In this document: positions 52,362 through 61,769 of the stretch, piece by piece
Numbering within the stretch: the first letter of the stretch is position 1
How the letters are laid out: the number at the start of each line of letters is the position of its first letter
DNA from: Planctomycetota bacterium
Lineage (GTDB): Bacteria > Planctomycetota > UBA1135 > UBA2386
DNA: 64,000 bases
Assembly (NCBI GenBank): GCA_965228735.1
Contig: OZ245838.1
Coordinates: forward strand, 5,408,001 to 5,472,000
Direction of reading: 5' to 3'
Notes under the pieces: generated by a model
What the model was told of the DNA's origin: nothing
The model's input: the letters and a program-made list of their open reading frames with translations, nothing else
Databases searched by the model: none
Position numbers and translations under genes: made by a program

Positions 52362-54041
52362 ATGCGACCCAGCACTCTCGTATTCCCGACCATCGCGTTC
52401 GCTGCCGCCTTCGCTTGCCCTGCCGTGGCGCAGCGGGTCGCCGAGGTCGAGCCCAACAACACGAGCGCGGCCGCGCAGGCAATCGTTCTCGGATCGCAGG
52501 TCGACGCAACGCTGGCGGCGGGCGAGGAGGACTGGTTCGAGTTCTCGACGACGGGCGGCAACGCCGTCCTGATCTCGCACGGGCCCACGGACGTCGACAC
52601 GGTCTTCGAGCTGTTCGACTCGACGGGCACCACGCTGCTCGCAGTGAACGATGACACCGACGCGTTCTTCAGCGCGCTCAGCGTCGATCTCGCTGCCGGC
52701 ACCTACCAGCTGCGTGTCACCGGCTGGGGCCCGACGACGGCGGGACCCTACCAGCTCGAGCTCGGTGAGGTCGCGACGGTCGGCAACACGGGCACGGAGA
52801 ACGAGCCGAACGACTCGCTCGGGCAGGCCGATCCGTTGGCGGGCGGCGACGTCATCGATGGCGTTCTCGGCAGCGGCGACGAGGACTGGTACCGCATCGA
52901 CCTTACGGCCGCGGCGACCGGCGTGTGGTTCGAGATCGCCGAAGGAGCCGCGCCCTGGGTCAGCAGCCACCGGTGGGAGCTGCGTGATTCCGGCGGTGGG
53001 CTGCTCGGCCCGACGACCGAGTTCGGGCCCAACGCGGGCGACAGCAGCCCGTCCGAGATCCGGTCGTCGACCGTGCGATCGTGGCCGGCCGGAACGTACT
53101 ACCTGGTGATCAAGGAGAGCTCGTTCCCGCTCGGTTTCGGCAACGCGATTCCGCAGGGTGGCTACCGCCTGCGCCTCGCGACGATGCCGGTGACCGGCGC
53201 GCCGGCGTCCGAGTCCGAGCCGAACGACACCGTGCAGCAGGCGAACGCCGTGACGCCCGGGTCGAGCATCGCCGGCTCGATCTCGGCGTCAGGCGGCGGC
53301 GATCCCGTCGACATCTACGGACCGTTCGTGATCTCGGGGCCGACGGTGATGCAGTTCCAGACGCGCCAGGGCAGCAGCGGGCCGTTGCTCGACTCGACGA
53401 TCCGGCTGCTCGACGACGATGGCAACACCGTCCAGCAGTGGACGGTCGGCAACCTCGCGAGTCCGACGAGCCACGCCCGCGCGACGGTCGTGTTCTCCCG
53501 CGTCGAGACCTACTACCTCGAGGTGCGCTCGCCCGGCAACGGAGCGGGGCAATCGGGCAGCTACGTGCTCGAGGTCGGGGCCGCGGCGTCGCTGCACACG
53601 GCGGCGAGCTACGACCTCGCCGAGGTCAACGGCATCTGTCTCGGCAGCAACGGGCTGCGGCCGACGTTGACGGTCGACAGCCCCGGCGAACGACCCGTGC
53701 TCGGCACGAACATGAGTCGGACGGTGGAGTTCCTGCCCCCGCTGTCGCCGTTCTTCCTCGTCGAGGGATTGTCGGACGAGATCGGGCTCGGCTCGATCCC
53801 GCTGCCCTACGACCTCGGACCGCTCGGCGCGCCGGACTGCGGCGTGTTCGTCGATCCGCTCGCGAATCAGCTGATCCTCGGCAGCCCGTCCGGAACCGTC
53901 GCGCTCGACAACCGCATGCCGACCTCGGTCGTGTTCCGTGGCGTGCCGATCTACGAGCAGGTGGTCGCGCTCGATCTGGCCGCGAACGCACTCGGGATCA
54001 CGGCGTCGAACTACGCCCGCAAGCTGCTCGGCGATCGGTAG
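52362..54041 (+). CDS. Secreted protein with three PPC-like (pre-peptidase C-terminal) domains and shared CTD
   Basis: Signal peptide; three ExEPN(N/D) repeats each followed by D(W/I)(F/Y). Confidence 0.83.
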   Translation: MRPSTLVFPTIAFAAAFACPAVAQRVAEVEPNNTSAAAQAIVLGSQVDATLAAGEEDWFEFSTTGGNAVLISHGPTDVDTVFELFDSTGTTLLAVNDDTDAFFSALSVDLAAGTYQLRVTGWGPTTAGPYQLELGEVATVGNTGTENEPNDSLGQADPLAGGDVIDGVLGSGDEDWYRIDLTAAATGVWFEIAEGAAPWVSSHRWELRDSGGGLLGPTTEFGPNAGDSSPSEIRSSTVRSWPAGTYYLVIKESSFPLGFGNAIPQGGYRLRLATMPVTGAPASESEPNDTVQQANAVTPGSSIAGSISASGGGDPVDIYGPFVISGPTVMQFQTRQGSSGPLLDSTIRLLDDDGNTVQQWTVGNLASPTSHARATVVFSRVETYYLEVRSPGNGAGQSGSYVLEVGAAASLHTAASYDLAEVNGICLGSNGLRPTLTVDSPGERPVLGTNMSRTVEFLPPLSPFFLVEGLSDEIGLGSIPLPYDLGPLGAPDCGVFVDPLANQLILGSPSGTVALDNRMPTSVVFRGVPIYEQVVALDLAANALGITASNYARKLLGDR

Positions 54042-54054
54042 CGGCCGGCGGCGA

Positions 54055-54951
54055 TCACGCGCTGGCTGCCGCGAGCAGCTTCGCGAGCGGCTCGACCGTC
54101 CGCGTCGGCACGTCGAACTCGCCGCCGGATTGCGCCCACTCCATGGCGGCTTCGTCGAACAGCTCTTCGAGTTCGTCGTTCGAAACGTCGAGCGCCGCCG
54201 CGAGCCGAGTCGCGGCCTCGGCTTCGCGCGGGCTCGGGTCGCCGACGAGGCACTCGGCCAGGCGACTCGCCAGCTCGAGCATCCGCAGCAAAGCGGCGCC
54301 GGCCGCGTCGGACTCGTCGGCGAGCAAGGCGGCGAACAGCTTCGGCATGCCCCAATCGAGCAGCATGAGGGCAGACAGCTCGTTGGCCTCGACCTGCAGG
54401 AGCCGTCGTTCGGCGTCGGAGATCGCCTTGCGGTTGGTCTGATCGGAGTTCGCGATCACCTGCTCGTAGAGGTCCGGGAACACCGTCGCGAGCGCGAGCC
54501 GGCCGATCAGGCTCAGCAGGCCGTAGGTGAACGCTTCGTCGGGCGGGACGACCTGTAGCCTGGCGGCGAGGCGGCGCATGAGCACGGCGCGTCCGAGCGA
54601 CTCGGCCCACAGGATCTCGTGGTCGAGACCGCCGCAGCTGCTGCTGTCCTCGATCAGTGACGCGGCGAGCGCGAGCGAGCGCACGTTCGAGAAGCCGAGC
54701 ACCGTCGTGGCCTCACGCGCGGACGTGACCTGTCGGCTGAAGCCCGCGACGGGCGAGTTCGCCATCTTGATCAGTCGCGCCGACAATGCCGGATCCTTCT
54801 CGATGAGATCGGCAATGTCGTCGACCGTGGTGTCCTCCAGTTGCGCGACGCGCATGATCTCGAGGGCAACACCCTTGGGCGACGGCAGGCGCTGCATCGC
54901 GTCACCGTGGCTCAGCAGCTTACGGATCTCCTTCTCTCGTTTGCTCGTCAT
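54055..54951 (-). CDS. HDOD domain-containing protein
   Basis: LPSP, KDPALSARLIKMANS, EAFTYGLL..IGRLAL, WGMP. Confidence 0.9.
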   Translation of the reverse strand: MTSKREKEIRKLLSHGDAMQRLPSPKGVALEIMRVAQLEDTTVDDIADLIEKDPALSARLIKMANSPVAGFSRQVTSAREATTVLGFSNVRSLALAASLIEDSSSCGGLDHEILWAESLGRAVLMRRLAARLQVVPPDEAFTYGLLSLIGRLALATVFPDLYEQVIANSDQTNRKAISDAERRLLQVEANELSALMLLDWGMPKLFAALLADESDAAGAALLRMLELASRLAECLVGDPSPREAEAATRLAAALDVSNDELEELFDEAAMEWAQSGGEFDVPTRTVEPLAKLLAAASA

Positions 54952-55090
54952 GTCGTGCTCGTCGTCCGGGTCTGCGTCTCCATCGAGTGCGCGGCAGCCC
55001 TCCCTGGATCAGGGAAGTCCCCGATCGGCTGCCCGTGGCCCGAAAGCCCGCTGTCGCTGGGAAGCCCGGTGTCACCAGGGCCGCCCGGTG

Positions 55091-55297
55091 TCAGTCGCAG
55101 TCGGGCTTGCCGCAGCCGAGCGCCAGGTCGTTGCACGCGTTCCAGAGCAGGACCATGGCCTGTTTGACGTTGGCAGCGATCACGGGCGGCAGGTCGGTGC
55201 GTCCGGCGAGTCGGACCGAACGGTCGTACAGGTCCAGGAGTTCGGCCTCGTCAGCCGTCAGATCGTTGCCCAGCAGGTCTTTGGTTCGGTCGGTCAT
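55091..55297 (-). CDS. Small hypothetical protein co-transcribed with the CoA ligase
   Basis: Starts 6 nt after the ligase stop; 68 aa, helical. Confidence 0.65.
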   Translation of the reverse strand: MTDRTKDLLGNDLTADEAELLDLYDRSVRLAGRTDLPPVIAANVKQAMVLLWNACNDLALGCGKPDCD

Positions 55298-55302
55298 GGT
55301 CG

Positions 55303-56655
55303 TTACCCCTGCGGCCGCAGATCCTGGAGGCGGCGAGCTTTGAGTTCGAAGCGCGGCAACTCGCCGCGGTTGCTGAGTTCGACGTTGAAGCGCAGGCCCT
55401 CGTGCGCATCCGCGAGATCCGTGCCGAGTTGGGCCGACAGGCGCGGCCAGACATCGTTGCGTTGGTCGTCGATGCCGGGTGACAGCTCGACCTTCACCGT
55501 GATCTCGTCCTGCACGTTGTCCTTGCGCCAGATCACGATCTGGAACTCCTCGATCTCACCATGCTCGCGCACGACGGCCTCGACCGCGCGCGGGTAGACG
55601 TTCGTGCCGCGGATCAACTTCATGTCGTCGACGCGGCCCAGAATCCCGCCCTCGTAGAGATCGCCCGTGCGCCCGCAGCTGCAGATGTCGTGCGGGACCT
55701 TCTTCACGAGATCCTTGGTTCGATAGCGGATCAGCGGGATGAACCCGCGGCCGAACGAGGTGACGACCCGTTCGCCGCGTTCGCCGTAGCCGAGCGGTTC
55801 GTCCGTCACGGGGTCGAGCACTTCCTCGATGAAGTGGTCCTCGATGATGTGGGTGCCGCCGGGTTGCTTCTCGCACTCGAAGATCATGATCGTGCCGATC
55901 TCCGTCATACCGGCGGTGTCGCCGCACTTGGCGCCGTAGAGGTCCTCGATCGTCTGCTTGACCGACGGGACGACCGGCTCGCCGCTCACGATCACGCGCC
56001 GCACCTTGCCGTCCTTCTTCAGGTCGATTCCCATCTGCTCCGCGGCTTGCGCCATGCGCAACGCGTACGTCGGAGTCGCGCAGACGACGGTCGCCCCGAC
56101 CTCGACGATCTGCTTGACGCGCTGTTCGGTGCTCATGTTGCCGGATGCGATGGTCAGGCACCCGAGCTTCTCGCAGCAGTAGTGCGCCCCCCAGAAGCCG
56201 ATGAACGCGCCGTAGGAGAACGCGAAGAACACCGTATCCGTCGGGCGGATGCCGAAGCCCCAGAAGCCGTAGCACCACATGTCCGCGATCCACGACCAGT
56301 CGCGGCGCGAGTCGAGCACGCGCAGCGGCTGGCGACCGGACGTTCCCGACGTGAGGTGGTAGCGGATCGCGTCCTCCTGCGGCCGCGTGATCATGTCGCC
56401 GAACAGCGGCTTCTCGGCCTGGCACGCCATCCAGTCCTCGCGGCGCATGAACGGCAGCCTGCGGATGTCGTCGAGCGTCTTGATCGCGTCCGGGCTGACA
56501 CCGGCCGACTCGTAGAGCCGACGATGGAACGGCGAACGTTCGTAGGCGTGCCGTACGAGCTGCTGCAGTCGATGCAGTTGCAGCGCCCGGAGCTGCTCCT
56601 TCGGCAGGGTCTCGGTCTTCGGGTTCCAGAACGCGGTCGAGGTGGCGCTGCTCAC
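55303..56655 (-). CDS. Phenylacetate--CoA ligase family protein
   Basis: TSGTSG, ATPTYA, SGEP, GMTE, PLIRYRTKD, GRVDDM; GTG start with GGAG RBS. Confidence 0.92.
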   Translation of the reverse strand: MSSATSTAFWNPKTETLPKEQLRALQLHRLQQLVRHAYERSPFHRRLYESAGVSPDAIKTLDDIRRLPFMRREDWMACQAEKPLFGDMITRPQEDAIRYHLTSGTSGRQPLRVLDSRRDWSWIADMWCYGFWGFGIRPTDTVFFAFSYGAFIGFWGAHYCCEKLGCLTIASGNMSTEQRVKQIVEVGATVVCATPTYALRMAQAAEQMGIDLKKDGKVRRVIVSGEPVVPSVKQTIEDLYGAKCGDTAGMTEIGTIMIFECEKQPGGTHIIEDHFIEEVLDPVTDEPLGYGERGERVVTSFGRGFIPLIRYRTKDLVKKVPHDICSCGRTGDLYEGGILGRVDDMKLIRGTNVYPRAVEAVVREHGEIEEFQIVIWRKDNVQDEITVKVELSPGIDDQRNDVWPRLSAQLGTDLADAHEGLRFNVELSNRGELPRFELKARRLQDLRPQG

Positions 56656-56801
56656 GTGGGCTCCGCTGCGAGGGATCAGGAGTGGTCGTCGCGAGGTTAG
56701 GGGGGAGACCGGGGTGCTGTCCATGAATGCGGCAGTCGGGTGAATCCCCGCTGGTCGAGCGTCGCACTGCGGGACACACCGAGGATCGCGCGGTCCGCTC
56801 C

Positions 56802-56828
56802 TCAAGCCGGCCGCGCCGTGACCGAGAA
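56802..56828 (+). promoter_or_regulatory. Putative sigma28 promoter for motAB (TCAAG-N14-ACCGAGAA)
   Basis: Same motif as in the flagellin leaders; 50 nt upstream of the ATG. Confidence 0.65.
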
Positions 56829-56877
56829 TCCGATCGGCGTCTCCTCGCACGAGGCGTGGGATCCGCACCTTCAGGCA

Positions 56878-57651
56878 ATGGACATCTTCACTCCGATCGG
56901 GCTCGTGCTCGCGTTCATCGGGATCATCGGCGGCATGATCCTCGAAGGCGGTCACCCCGAGGCCCTGCTGCAGGTCACGGCGTTCCTCATCGTTATCGTG
57001 GGTTCGCTCGGCGCGACGATGGTCGCCACCCTGCCGTCGGACGTGCCGTTCGCGATCCAATCGCTGAAGCGCGTGTTCCTGCCCGAGAAGCACGACTTCC
57101 ACGGGCTCATGGAGAAGATCATCGAGCTCGCGAACCTCGCGCGCCGCGAGGGCCTGCTCGCGCTCGAGACCTACGCCAACAGCGGCGAAGGCGACCCGTT
57201 CCTCGTGAAGTGCCTCACGCTCGCGATCGACGGCAGCTCCGCGGAAGCGATCCGCGAGACGGTCGAGATCGACATGCACATCACGGAGGAAGACCAGAAG
57301 GCGGGCATGAAGTTCTGGGAGACGTGGGGTGCGCTCGCGCCGACGGTCGGCGTGCTCGGCGCCGTTCTCGGGCTCATGCACGTCATGTCCGTGCTCGATC
57401 AGCCCGCGTTGATCGGCCCGGGTATCGCGGTCGCGTTCGTCGCGACGGTCTACGGCGTCGGCTACTCCAATGTCGTGTGCCTGCCGATGTCGTTCAAGCT
57501 GAAGCGCCACATCGAGCACGACCAGCTGCTCAAGAACATGGTTCTCGAGGGTGTCGTCGGCATCCAGTCGGGCATGGCGCCCGGCGCGCTCCGCAGCCGT
57601 CTCAAGGTCTACCTCGGGAGCCACGGCGGCGGCGACGACGACAAGAAGTGA
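56878..57651 (+). CDS. motA: Flagellar stator protein MotA
   Basis: ARREGLLALE, APTVGVLGAVLGL, GIAVAFVATVYG. Confidence 0.95.
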   Translation: MDIFTPIGLVLAFIGIIGGMILEGGHPEALLQVTAFLIVIVGSLGATMVATLPSDVPFAIQSLKRVFLPEKHDFHGLMEKIIELANLARREGLLALETYANSGEGDPFLVKCLTLAIDGSSAEAIRETVEIDMHITEEDQKAGMKFWETWGALAPTVGVLGAVLGLMHVMSVLDQPALIGPGIAVAFVATVYGVGYSNVVCLPMSFKLKRHIEHDQLLKNMVLEGVVGIQSGMAPGALRSRLKVYLGSHGGGDDDKK

Positions 57652-57673
57652 TCGCGGCGCGTGAAGCAGGGCG

Positions 57674-58405
57674 ATGGCCAAGAAGCACAAGCACGAAGAA
57701 CACGTCAACCACGAGCGCTGGCTCGTGTCCTTCGCGGACATGATGACCCTGCTCTTCGCGCTGTTCGTCGTGCTCTACGCGCTCGGGCAGGCGGACCTCG
57801 AGAAGATTCGCGAACTTCGGCAGTCCGTGCAGTGGGCCTTCCACATCGAGGGCGAGGGTAAGACCAAGGACACGGGATTGTTCGAGAACCAGGCCGGCGG
57901 TGGTGACGTGATGGACGCCGTGCCGCTCGTGACCGCCCAGGACGGCGAGATGCGCGAGTTCTTGAAGGACGAGCTCGAGACCTACGAGGAGATCGCGGGT
58001 CAGTCGCTCGACGTCGTGCAGACCGACGATTCCGTGTCCTTCAAGGCGCCGTTGTCGGACTTCTTCCAGCCGCTGCGGCCGCACCCGCTGAAGCCGGGAA
58101 TCGGCGCCTGGCTCGATCGGGTGCTCACCGCGTCACTGACGTTCAGCTCCAGGATCCGGATCATCATCGAGACGCCGGACCTGCTGATCGGGTTGAGCCC
58201 GGGCGGTCAGCGGCGCTCCTCGGTCGAGCTCTGCATCCTGCGGCTGCAGACGCTGGAGCAGTTCGCGCTCAACAGACCCGAAGTGCGCGACGCAATGGTC
58301 ACATGCGAATGGCGGCGCCAGGACCTGCGCCCGGGCGCGAGCAGCGCCCGCTGGGAACGGGAGGCCACGGTCACCGTCGTGTTCGACAACGCGACGCCCA
58401 AGTGA
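57674..58405 (+). CDS. motB: Flagellar stator protein MotB (divergent C-terminus)
   Basis: HERWLVSFADMMTLLFALFVVLYA with the conserved Asp; follows motA. Confidence 0.88.
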   Translation: MAKKHKHEEHVNHERWLVSFADMMTLLFALFVVLYALGQADLEKIRELRQSVQWAFHIEGEGKTKDTGLFENQAGGGDVMDAVPLVTAQDGEMREFLKDELETYEEIAGQSLDVVQTDDSVSFKAPLSDFFQPLRPHPLKPGIGAWLDRVLTASLTFSSRIRIIIETPDLLIGLSPGGQRRSSVELCILRLQTLEQFALNRPEVRDAMVTCEWRRQDLRPGASSARWEREATVTVVFDNATPK

Positions 58406-58429
58406 GCCGGTCGCCGGACCGACTCGACG

Positions 58430-59602
58430 TCACCCCGGCTGCGTCAGCAACCGCGCGATGATCGACTTCTGGATCATCGACGTGCCTTCGTAGATCCGCA
58501 GCGCCTGGATGTCGCGCCACATTCGCTCGACGGGCCACGCCGACGTGTAGCCACGCGCGCCGTGCAGCATCACCGCCTGTTCACAGGCGCGCGCCCCGGC
58601 CTCGGTGGCCTGCAGCTTGGCCATCGCGACGTCGGCGTGCGTTTCGGTGCCAGCCGCGCGCCGGCGGGCGCAGCGGTAGACCAGCGCGCGGCTGCAATGC
58701 AGCGACGTGAAGTGATCGGCGAGCCGTTCCTGCACCATCTGGAACGCCGCTAGCGGCTTGCCGAACTGCTCGCGCCCCATCGTGAACTCGACCGCCGCCG
58801 CGAGCGCGGCCCGATGCAGCCCGACCGCGCCGGCAGCGACCGATAGTCGACCCGCCGAGAGGCCGCCCATCGCGACGCCGAATCCATTGCCGATCTCGCC
58901 GAGCACCTCGTCGCCCTGCACCGCGAAACCGTCGAAGCGCAGTTCGGCGTGATCGCTACCGCGGTGGCCGAGGTCGACTCCGGGTACCGGCGTGCGCGTG
59001 ACGCCGTCGCGCTCGAGGTCGACGAGGAACGCCGTGATGCCCTTGCGCCCGAGCGATGGGTCGACGGACGCGAACAGGATCATGACGTCCGCGACGCCGC
59101 CGTTCGTGATCCACCACTTGTGTCCGGACACGCGGTACGAACCGTCGCCCTGCACCTCGGCAACCGTCGACAACGATGCGACGTCGCTGCCGGCGTCGGG
59201 CTCGGTCAGCGCGAAGCAGCCGATCGCCTCACCCGCGATCAGCGGTCGCAGCCAGCGCTCGCGCTGGGCACCGGTGCCGAAGCGCGCGATGCATTGCGCG
59301 ACCAATCCGGTCTGCACGGCGCAGAAGCCGCGCGCATTGCCGCACGCAGCACCGAGCTCTTCGTGCGCGATCGCCAGCTGCATCGGCGTCCAGCCCGCGC
59401 CGCCGGCGTCCACGTCGATCGGCCCGCCGAGGATGCCGGCACGCGCGAGATCCTCGACCATCTCGCGCCGAAACACGCGTTGCTCGTCGATCTCGCGCGC
59501 GAACGGCGCGAGCTTCGCGGTCGCGAACGCGCGGATCTGCTGCGCGAACTCGCGGTCCGCGTCCTCGAGGTCACCGTCGGGCAGCCAGAATGAGTCGTTC
59601 AT
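58430..59602 (-). CDS. Acyl-CoA dehydrogenase
   Basis: FALTEPDAGSD, KWWITNG, REQFGKPL, HGARGY, IYEGT. Confidence 0.95.
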   Translation of the reverse strand: MNDSFWLPDGDLEDADREFAQQIRAFATAKLAPFAREIDEQRVFRREMVEDLARAGILGGPIDVDAGGAGWTPMQLAIAHEELGAACGNARGFCAVQTGLVAQCIARFGTGAQRERWLRPLIAGEAIGCFALTEPDAGSDVASLSTVAEVQGDGSYRVSGHKWWITNGGVADVMILFASVDPSLGRKGITAFLVDLERDGVTRTPVPGVDLGHRGSDHAELRFDGFAVQGDEVLGEIGNGFGVAMGGLSAGRLSVAAGAVGLHRAALAAAVEFTMGREQFGKPLAAFQMVQERLADHFTSLHCSRALVYRCARRRAAGTETHADVAMAKLQATEAGARACEQAVMLHGARGYTSAWPVERMWRDIQALRIYEGTSMIQKSIIARLLTQPG

Positions 59603-59648
59603 GGAGATGCCGCGGTCGCGCTCGCAGCTCGTTGCACGGGATAGCGGC

Positions 59649-60446
59649 TCAGCGTCCGCGGAAGTGGGGATCGCGCTTCTCCATCCAGGCGTTGTAGAAC
59701 TCCCGGTGGTCGTGCGCCCGCAGCAGCAGGGCCTGCGCCTGCGCTTCCTGTTCGATCGCGGCATCGAGGTCCATCGGCCACTCGTTCCAGACCATCTTCT
59801 TGGTCATGGCGTGCGCGAGCCCCGGACCCTGGGCGAGGCGCCGTGCCAGCGCCGTGGCTTCTTCGACGACATCGCCAGGCGGCACGACGCGATTGGCCAG
59901 GCCGATCCGGTGGGCCTCGGCGGCCGTGATCTTGTCGCCGAGCAGCAAGATCTCCATCGCGCGCCCCGTGCCAATGACCTTGGGCAGCAGCCACGCCGCA
60001 CCCATGTCCGCGCCGGTGAGCCCGACCTTGGCGAACAAGAACGCGAACTTCGCGCCCTCGCCCACGACCCGCAGGTCGCTCGCGAGTGCGAGCACGGCAC
60101 CGGCGCCGGCCGCGACGCCGTTGACGGCAGCGATGATCGGCTTGCTGCAGCGCAACATGTTGCGCACCACGGCACCCGTCATGCGCGTGAATGCCAGCGT
60201 CGCGTCGAGCTCGCTCTCGAGCAGCGGCCCGATGATGTCCTCGACGCTGCCGCCGCTGCAGAACCCGCGGCCGTTGCCGGTGAGCACCACGGCTTTGACG
60301 TCTTCGTCGTCGTCGAGCTCGCGGAACAACCGCTCGAGCTGGCCATAGACCGCGAAGGTCAGCGAATTGAGCGTGTCGGGGCGGTCGAGCGTCAGCGTCA
60401 GCACGCCGTCGTCGTCACAGTCGTAGCGGAAGTCGTAGTCGCTCAT
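59649..60446 (-). CDS. Enoyl-CoA hydratase family protein
   Basis: GFCSGG, NGVAAGAG, FAKVGL, ADMG. Confidence 0.92.
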   Translation of the reverse strand: MSDYDFRYDCDDDGVLTLTLDRPDTLNSLTFAVYGQLERLFRELDDDEDVKAVVLTGNGRGFCSGGSVEDIIGPLLESELDATLAFTRMTGAVVRNMLRCSKPIIAAVNGVAAGAGAVLALASDLRVVGEGAKFAFLFAKVGLTGADMGAAWLLPKVIGTGRAMEILLLGDKITAAEAHRIGLANRVVPPGDVVEEATALARRLAQGPGLAHAMTKKMVWNEWPMDLDAAIEQEAQAQALLLRAHDHREFYNAWMEKRDPHFRGR

Positions 60447-60521
60447 CGTTGGCGCAGCGGCAGGGGAGGGGGCACGTGGGGTTGCGTTCGGGCTCGTGGC
60501 ATTCGGGCTCGTAGCATCATG

Positions 60522-61301
60522 TCAGTCCAGGAACGCCGGCGGATCACGATCGAGCTCGTAGACGCAACCGGGCGGCCGCGTCGCGATGATCTCGGCGACG
60601 GCGTCGGCGACCTCGGTGACCGAATGCATCCGACCGATCGCGTTCTGCGCGGCCATCCGCTCGAACGCCGCGTCGGCCGTGGTCTTGCCGCGCGCCGCGA
60701 TCGCGTCGGCCGCTCCCCGGGTGATCGCCGAGTCGACGAAACCCGGGCACACCGCGTAGACGTCGATGCCGGCCGCGCCGAGTTCGGCCCGCATCGCGCG
60801 AGCCAGTCCCACCATCCCGTGCTTGGCGGCCGTGTAGGCCGCGGTGAACGGGTAGCCCCGCAGCCCGGCCGTCGATGCGAGGTGCAGCAGGCAGCCGGCG
60901 CCGCGCTCTCGCATCCTGGGCAACGCGGCCCGCGCCAGCGCGAGCGGCGCGGCGACGTGCAGATCGAACGTCTCCTGCAGCAGTGCGCCGGTCGTGGCCT
61001 CGACCTTGGCGGTCGGCGCGGTCCCGGCGTTGCTGATGGCGGCGTCCAGCCCGCCGAACGTCGAATGCGCGACCTCGACCGCCGAAACACTCGTGGCCTC
61101 GTCCCGGAGATCGCCGGTCACGACGGCGGCTTCGGTGCCGGTCGCGCGGACTGCCGCGGCAGTCGCCGCCAGTCCGTCGGCGCTCCGGGCCACGAGCACC
61201 AGTCGGTGGCCAGATCGACCCAGGCGCTCGGCGATCGCCGCACCGATGCCCCGGCTGCTGCCGGTGACGATCGTCACAGGTCGATACGGCGCATCGGTCA
61301 T
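60522..61301 (-). CDS. Short-chain dehydrogenase/reductase
   Basis: TGSSRGIG, NAG, YTAAK, CPGFVD. Confidence 0.93.
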   Translation of the reverse strand: MTDAPYRPVTIVTGSSRGIGAAIAERLGRSGHRLVLVARSADGLAATAAAVRATGTEAAVVTGDLRDEATSVSAVEVAHSTFGGLDAAISNAGTAPTAKVEATTGALLQETFDLHVAAPLALARAALPRMRERGAGCLLHLASTAGLRGYPFTAAYTAAKHGMVGLARAMRAELGAAGIDVYAVCPGFVDSAITRGAADAIAARGKTTADAAFERMAAQNAIGRMHSVTEVADAVAEIIATRPPGCVYELDRDPPAFLD

Positions 61302-61387
61302 GGGTCAGGCATGCTCGCTGATGGGCCGGGATCCGCGCAACATGCGTCCGGGCAAAGGGCGAACTCGGGGGTAGTTCGGTCGCTGAG

Positions 61388-61517
61388 AGCCGGTGCTTTG
61401 AGTGTGCATGGGGTCTCGGGTCCAGCTGGTGCCTTGAGTGTGCATGAGGTCCCGGGTCCAGCTGGTGCTTCGAGTGTGCATGAGGTCCCGGGTCCAGCTG
61501 GTGCCTCGAGTGTGCAT
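61388..61517 (-). repeat. Four-unit tandem array (36-bp period) of the IS-end motif AGCTGGTGCYTYGAGTGTGCAT
   Basis: Units at 61388, 61424, 61460 and 61496; 14-nt linkers G(G/A)GGTC(T/C)CGGGTCC. Confidence 0.92.
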
Positions 61518-61642
61518 GCTCGGCCCGTTCGCAAACGGGGGCGCTGTTCCGAACGCGAAACCGGCCTCAGGTTCGCAGCCTCGGGATTCCGATAGGAGTG
61601 GCAGAGGGAAGGGGGGCGGACGAGTCGAGTTGGACAGCCCCC

Positions 61643-61686
61643 GAAGAGGGCCCGCCGGCGGCAGCCGGTGGGCCCTTTTCGTTTTT
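61643..61686 (+). terminator. Rho-independent terminator (orphan)
   Basis: 17-bp stem GAAGAGGGCCCGCCGGC-GGCA-GCCGGTGGGCCCTTTTC followed by GTTTTT; G-U pairs work on the + strand. Confidence 0.8.
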
Positions 61687-61769
61687 CTGCCGCCGCCGAC
61701 TTGGGCTGGCCGCGGGGAACGGTCGATGACACGGGCCCCAGCTCATCCGCCGATACCCAGGAGTCGGTC

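Noticed and set aside
55040..55095. Short GCCCG(G/C)TGTC repeats upstream of the HDOD gene
   Set aside because: Only three short degenerate copies in GC-rich DNA; not distinguishable from chance or local slippage.
56656..57741. 812-aa version of the CoA ligase ORF
   Set aside because: The upstream part is antisense to motA; the real start is GTG 56655 with an RBS.
61388..61517. CRISPR array (also 7832-7926)
   Set aside because: Linkers are only 13-14 nt and nearly identical within each array, there are no cas genes in the window, and the repeat matches the IS ends.
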